Source of the DNA: Acidobacteriota bacterium
GTDB taxonomy: Bacteria; Acidobacteriota; UBA6911
Length of the DNA stretch: 64,000 nucleotides
Reading direction: 5' to 3'
NCBI GenBank assembly: GCA_963664705.1
Contig: OY761556.1
Location: forward strand, 352,001 to 416,000
In this document: positions 60,063 through 64,000 of the stretch, piece by piece
Position numbering within the stretch: the stretch's first letter is position 1
Layout: every line of letters starts with the position of its first letter
Program-made: the position numbers and the translations under genes
Notes under the pieces: generated by a model
Databases searched by the model: none
What the model saw: the letters and a program-made list of their open reading frames with translations, nothing else
What the model was told of the DNA's origin: nothing

Positions 60063-62054
60063 ATGGGATCAAAATACGAGCATGTATTTGCACCGATTCG
60101 AATCAGAGGCGTCGATTTCAAAAACCGTTTGGAACTGGCTCCTCCATCGCCCAATCTGGCTGATCGCCAGGGCAGGGTGACGCCGGAATTTGTAGATTTT
60201 TTCAGAACCTTCGCCCAGGGCGGCACTGCCGTTCTCCATGTCGGCAATTCCGTTGTCGATATCAGGGAAGCGTGCGATGAGGAGCGTCAACTCGATCTGG
60301 GGAGCGACGAATGCATTCTCCCGCTTACGCGGTTTGTGGAAATGTGCCACGGCTATGGTGCTCTTGCTTCGCTGGAAATTAACCACAACGGCAAGGATTC
60401 CGATGTCGGCAAAACCGGGAAGGCCTTCAGCCCATCCTCCTTCATCCCTTCCAGCGAGATCTGGCGGGCGCAGATGCAGGGAAGGGAACCGGTCCCCACA
60501 ATCGCAATGGATCATGTGAAAATTAGGGAGACGGTGGAGAAGTACGCCGTTGCTGCCTATCGATGCAAGCGCGCGGGTTTCAAGATGGGCATGATCCACG
60601 GTGGGCACGGGAACCTGATTTCCCAATTTGCCAGCCGGCTCTACAACAAACGCACCGATGATTACGGCGGTTCTCTCGAGAACAGAGCACGCTTTGCCAT
60701 TGAAGTTCTGGACCGCGTACGAGCACTCTGCGGCGAACACTTTGTGATTGAATATCGTATTTCTGCCGACGAGATACACCCTGATGGGATGCACTTCGAG
60801 GAGACCCTTCGTTTTATCGAGCTGATACAGGATAAAGTCGACATCCTGCATGTGTCCGCAGGGCTTCATGGCGAATTTCAGTATATGCGGAACTGGTGGC
60901 AGAACTATCTGATGGATCGCGCCTTTAATGTTCACTATGCCGCGGATATTAAGAAAGCCTTTCCCAAACTCCTTGTCTGTACGGTTGGCTCAATCATGGA
61001 TATTGCAAAAGCCGAGGAGATCATTGCTGCGGGACAGGCCGATTTTGTTGCCATGTGTCGGCCGCTGCTTGCAGATCCGGAAATGCCGAGGAAGTATGCC
61101 TTGGGCAAAGAAGAGGACCGCCGGCCGTGCCTGCGTTGTCAATACTGCGGCTTCCGGCTCATGATTCCTGCCGTTATCAATTGCGCCGTCAATCCCTATC
61201 TCGGGAATGAAACAGAGTTCCCAGGAGCGAAGGTTCCCAGGGCGGAGATAAAAAAGAGGGTGGCGGTGGTGGGGGGCGGCCCCGCCGGGATCCAGGCTCT
61301 GCAGACGTTATGCGAGCGCGGCCACGAAGTTACCCTTTATGAGAAGAGCGGACAGTTGGGTGGGCGCGTTGTCGATGGATCGGTTCTGCCGTTTAAACAG
61401 GACGTCAAAGATTATCTCGATTACCTGGTCTGCCAGGCGAACAAAGCCCCGGCGCGCATCCTTCTGAATACCGAAGCGACAAAGGAAGTGCTGGATCGGG
61501 AGCATTATGATGCGCTGATCATCGCTGTCGGTTCGACCCCTGTGGTTCCCCGCTTGCCGGGAATCGACAAGCCGCATGTCCATTGGGCACCGGAGGCGGA
61601 TGGGGGCAAGGTTAAGGTAGGTGATAAGACCGTGATTGTCGGAGCCGGCTCAGTTGGAATTGAGTCCGCCATCGGGCTTAAGAGGGCCGGGAAAGATGTG
61701 ATCGTTATTGAAATGGCTCCGGATATGTCGAATCTCCGCGCCTCAGCCGGAGGCGCGGCTTCGGAATTGACCTCCTTGATCCAGGAACTCGCAATTCCCG
61801 TTCATCTCGACTGCCAATTGGAGGAAGTCACCGATACGCAGGTGATCTGTCGTAATTCCAAAACTTCCGCGCGCGTTGAATTCGCGGCCAATACAGTGCT
61901 TCTGGCCGTGGGCATGTCAGCCAGTCAGGATGTCGCCGATTCATTGCGCCGCAGTGCACCTGAAACAGAAGTTTTTATCGTCGGCGACGCATCGGAAGTA
62001 GGAACGATTGCCGGTGCGGTCCGCGCCGCCTTCAAAGCTGCCGCATATATTTAG
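60063..62054 (+). CDS. NADH:flavin oxidoreductase (OYE TIM barrel + 4Fe-4S + FAD domain)
   Basis: HGGHGNLISQF, NKRTDDYGGSLENRARF, CLRCQYC...CAVN, VVGGGPAG. Confidence 0.92.
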   Translation: MGSKYEHVFAPIRIRGVDFKNRLELAPPSPNLADRQGRVTPEFVDFFRTFAQGGTAVLHVGNSVVDIREACDEERQLDLGSDECILPLTRFVEMCHGYGALASLEINHNGKDSDVGKTGKAFSPSSFIPSSEIWRAQMQGREPVPTIAMDHVKIRETVEKYAVAAYRCKRAGFKMGMIHGGHGNLISQFASRLYNKRTDDYGGSLENRARFAIEVLDRVRALCGEHFVIEYRISADEIHPDGMHFEETLRFIELIQDKVDILHVSAGLHGEFQYMRNWWQNYLMDRAFNVHYAADIKKAFPKLLVCTVGSIMDIAKAEEIIAAGQADFVAMCRPLLADPEMPRKYALGKEEDRRPCLRCQYCGFRLMIPAVINCAVNPYLGNETEFPGAKVPRAEIKKRVAVVGGGPAGIQALQTLCERGHEVTLYEKSGQLGGRVVDGSVLPFKQDVKDYLDYLVCQANKAPARILLNTEATKEVLDREHYDALIIAVGSTPVVPRLPGIDKPHVHWAPEADGGKVKVGDKTVIVGAGSVGIESAIGLKRAGKDVIVIEMAPDMSNLRASAGGAASELTSLIQELAIPVHLDCQLEEVTDTQVICRNSKTSARVEFAANTVLLAVGMSASQDVADSLRRSAPETEVFIVGDASEVGTIAGAVRAAFKAAAYI

Positions 62055-62059
62055 CCGAA

Positions 62060-62103
62060 TCTGTGGAATTCGTGGCGGAAATGGCTGCCACGAATTCCAC
62101 AGA
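62060..62103. repeat. Perfect 17-bp hairpin of the AATTCGTGGC family between convergent genes
   Basis: TCTGTGGAATTCGTGGC / GCCACGAATTCCACAGA; same motif as 15161-15219. Confidence 0.85.
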
Positions 62104-62108
62104 CATTT

Positions 62109-63506
62109 CTAGCGGGCCGGCTTGATATTCTGATTTACACGAAACAGATTGCCCGGATCATACCGCTCCTTGATTTCGGCCAGCCGCGCGAGATTCCCTC
62201 GATAGCTTCCCGCAATCCTGTCCTCTCCTTCATCCATCAGGAAATTGACATAGGCTCCGCCTGCGGATAGAGGGTGCAGCGCGTTCCAATAATCGCGGAC
62301 CCAATCGCGATATCCCGTCATGTCGGCCGGATCCGGGCTTATGGCGGCAATGATGTGGGCAAACTTCACATCCCGATAGCTGAAAGCGGTGTCATCGGGT
62401 CCAACGTCATGCACGGCTCCATCGAGAGGGTAAATGTGCATTACGGAATGAACCGTTGGAACCTTGGGACCATACTGAATGTGCTGGGCAATCATCTTGT
62501 CGCTCAGATCACCGACAAAATCCGCCTTCCAATAATGGTTCAGCCCGGGCGGTACCAGTGCGTCAAACATGGACTGGAGCGCCGGATAGGGCACGGGACC
62601 CAGGTGAGCGAAGAGTGGCGGTCCGAAATCCCGAATCGGCTTTGTTGCCATCTCTCCCGTGTCCAGATCACCACAGTAGGCAGTGACGATGCCGCATAGA
62701 GTTTTCATATGCAGGTGTTCCGGGAAGGGTGGCCCCGGAGGGACAATCAAAAAGGCAAAGAAGGCACTCAGTTCGCGCGGAGAGTTTTTCATGAAGTCCC
62801 GATAGCAGCGCAGAACCTCCGTAGACTTTTCCAATGGATAGAGAATTACGCCTGCGTATAGCGTGCTCACCGGATGCAAACGAAATTCAAACGACGTGAC
62901 TATGCCAAAGTTGCCGCCGCCCCCCCGGATGGCCCAGAAGAGATCCGCGTGTTCCGAAGGGCTGGCAATGCGCAATTTGCCATCCGCCGTGACTACATCC
63001 GCAGACAACAAATTATCGCAAGCCAGTCCATAGCGTCGAGTCAGGTATCCAAAGCCACCCCCGGTGGTCAATCCGCCGACTCCCGTGGTGGAAATAATTC
63101 CGCCCGGAGTTGCCAGCCCGAATATTTGCGTGGCGTGATCCACATCACGCCATGTGCAGCCTCCCTCGATACGTGCCGTTCTGTTCCTGGGATCTATGCG
63201 AATGCCTTTCATTCGCGAAAGATCGATCACAAGGCCGTCATCGCAGGTGCCGAATCCGGGTGCGCTGTGACCTCCGCCACGTATTGCCAGCGGGAGTTTG
63301 TGCTTCCGGGCAAAATCGACGCAGTGAATCACGTCGGCAATGTCCGCGCATGGCACGATCAGTCTTGGTTTCCGGTCTATCATCGCATTGTAGACTCGGC
63401 GGGCTTTCTCGTACGCTTCATCCCCATTCTGGATGATCGGGCCTTTCAGCGCCGGGGCAAACTGCTTCACCACTTCATCAGCGGGAAACGCCGCTGCTTT
63501 TTCCAT
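62109..63506 (-). CDS. FAD-linked oxidoreductase (VAO/BBE family)
   Basis: RGGGHS covalent-FAD His motif, DLFWAIRGGGGNFG, YVNF, YDPGNLFRVNQN; start at MEKAA. Confidence 0.92.
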   Translation of the reverse strand: MEKAAAFPADEVVKQFAPALKGPIIQNGDEAYEKARRVYNAMIDRKPRLIVPCADIADVIHCVDFARKHKLPLAIRGGGHSAPGFGTCDDGLVIDLSRMKGIRIDPRNRTARIEGGCTWRDVDHATQIFGLATPGGIISTTGVGGLTTGGGFGYLTRRYGLACDNLLSADVVTADGKLRIASPSEHADLFWAIRGGGGNFGIVTSFEFRLHPVSTLYAGVILYPLEKSTEVLRCYRDFMKNSPRELSAFFAFLIVPPGPPFPEHLHMKTLCGIVTAYCGDLDTGEMATKPIRDFGPPLFAHLGPVPYPALQSMFDALVPPGLNHYWKADFVGDLSDKMIAQHIQYGPKVPTVHSVMHIYPLDGAVHDVGPDDTAFSYRDVKFAHIIAAISPDPADMTGYRDWVRDYWNALHPLSAGGAYVNFLMDEGEDRIAGSYRGNLARLAEIKERYDPGNLFRVNQNIKPAR

Positions 63507-63746
63507 GTTGCCTCTACAATTCCGGGGGGATTTGGTTGAAGTCCGACAGGTACAAACTAGCTTAATTATACATGGTGTCGCCGCCGGCAAAAGCTTTTTG
63601 CCGGCGCCGCGGTGTTTTGGAGTGAATGCGCGGATGGATGGGGGCATTCATCCGATTGTAGTGCCTGTCAAAATATCTGCAGGTGCGATCTTTTTGTATT
63701 AGTATTACTTCTTCAAAATACATATTGAATGATTCTTTTGATATCA

Positions 63747-64000
63747 ATGAAAACGACAGGTCAGGAAGACAGTTCGCAAATGCTCCATCATCCGATGCGA
63801 CAATGGGCCGCCATGGCTGCAATAGCCCTCCTGGCGGGCATATGTATATATATACCGGCATACGTATTCACCCAAAAAATATATGCTTATCATCTAAAAC
63901 AGCCGGAAACGATTCAGGGTGGACTTGAACTGCTGGTTCTGTTTATTGTGTCGGGGCTTGCAGCCTGCTGTATCCGACGATCCTCCCTTGTTACCATTGT
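63747..64000 (+). CDS. Probable membrane protein, 5' part (runs off window)
   Basis: Open frame MKTTGQEDSSQMLHHPMRQWAAMAAIALLAGICIYIPAYVFTQKIYAYHLKQPETIQGGLELLVLFIVSGLAACC... with no stop; absent from ORF track. Confidence 0.55.
   Translation, partial: MKTTGQEDSSQMLHHPMRQWAAMAAIALLAGICIYIPAYVFTQKIYAYHLKQPETIQGGLELLVLFIVSGLAACCIRRSSLVTI

Overview
A gene-dense bacterial chromosomal segment of about 55% GC. It is most likely Acidobacteriota, judged by the Acidobacteria-type VWA proteins, an Oar-like TonB-dependent receptor and a Gly-rich TonB protein. 1-22.6 kb is mostly core genes: hppA 3' end, ECF sigma/anti-sigma, tonB-exbD, a two-component system, queF, yyaL-like, cysK, ribF, gatCA, rsmI, pdxJ, a frameshifted gltX and tRNA-Ser(GCT). 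Next come a TIR-flanked HUH/Y1 transposase element and accessory genes: a glycan-use locus (GH13, GH39, GH144-like, TBDR), HK-RR-HDOD, an RlmN-like radical SAM enzyme, an MFS pump, a Spy/CpxP + TCS + TPR-DUF3108 envelope module, VWA proteins, an esterase, a Tat-Fe-S/aldehyde:ferredoxin oxidoreductase pair and two flavoenzymes. Two signals lie outside the ORF track. (1) A family of 7-bp-period and 9-bp-period tandem micro-arrays sits at gene junctions. One inverted pair brackets a four-helix-bundle (IVS/Avd-like) gene, and the same arrays occur back-to-back as an 'empty' hairpin elsewhere, suggesting an undescribed cassette/insertion system. (2) Two ORFs at 28.3-30.0 kb form one exported selenoprotein joined by an in-frame UGA in a U-G-S-C motif with a SECIS-like hairpin. 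All product calls rest on motif recognition only; no database searches were run.
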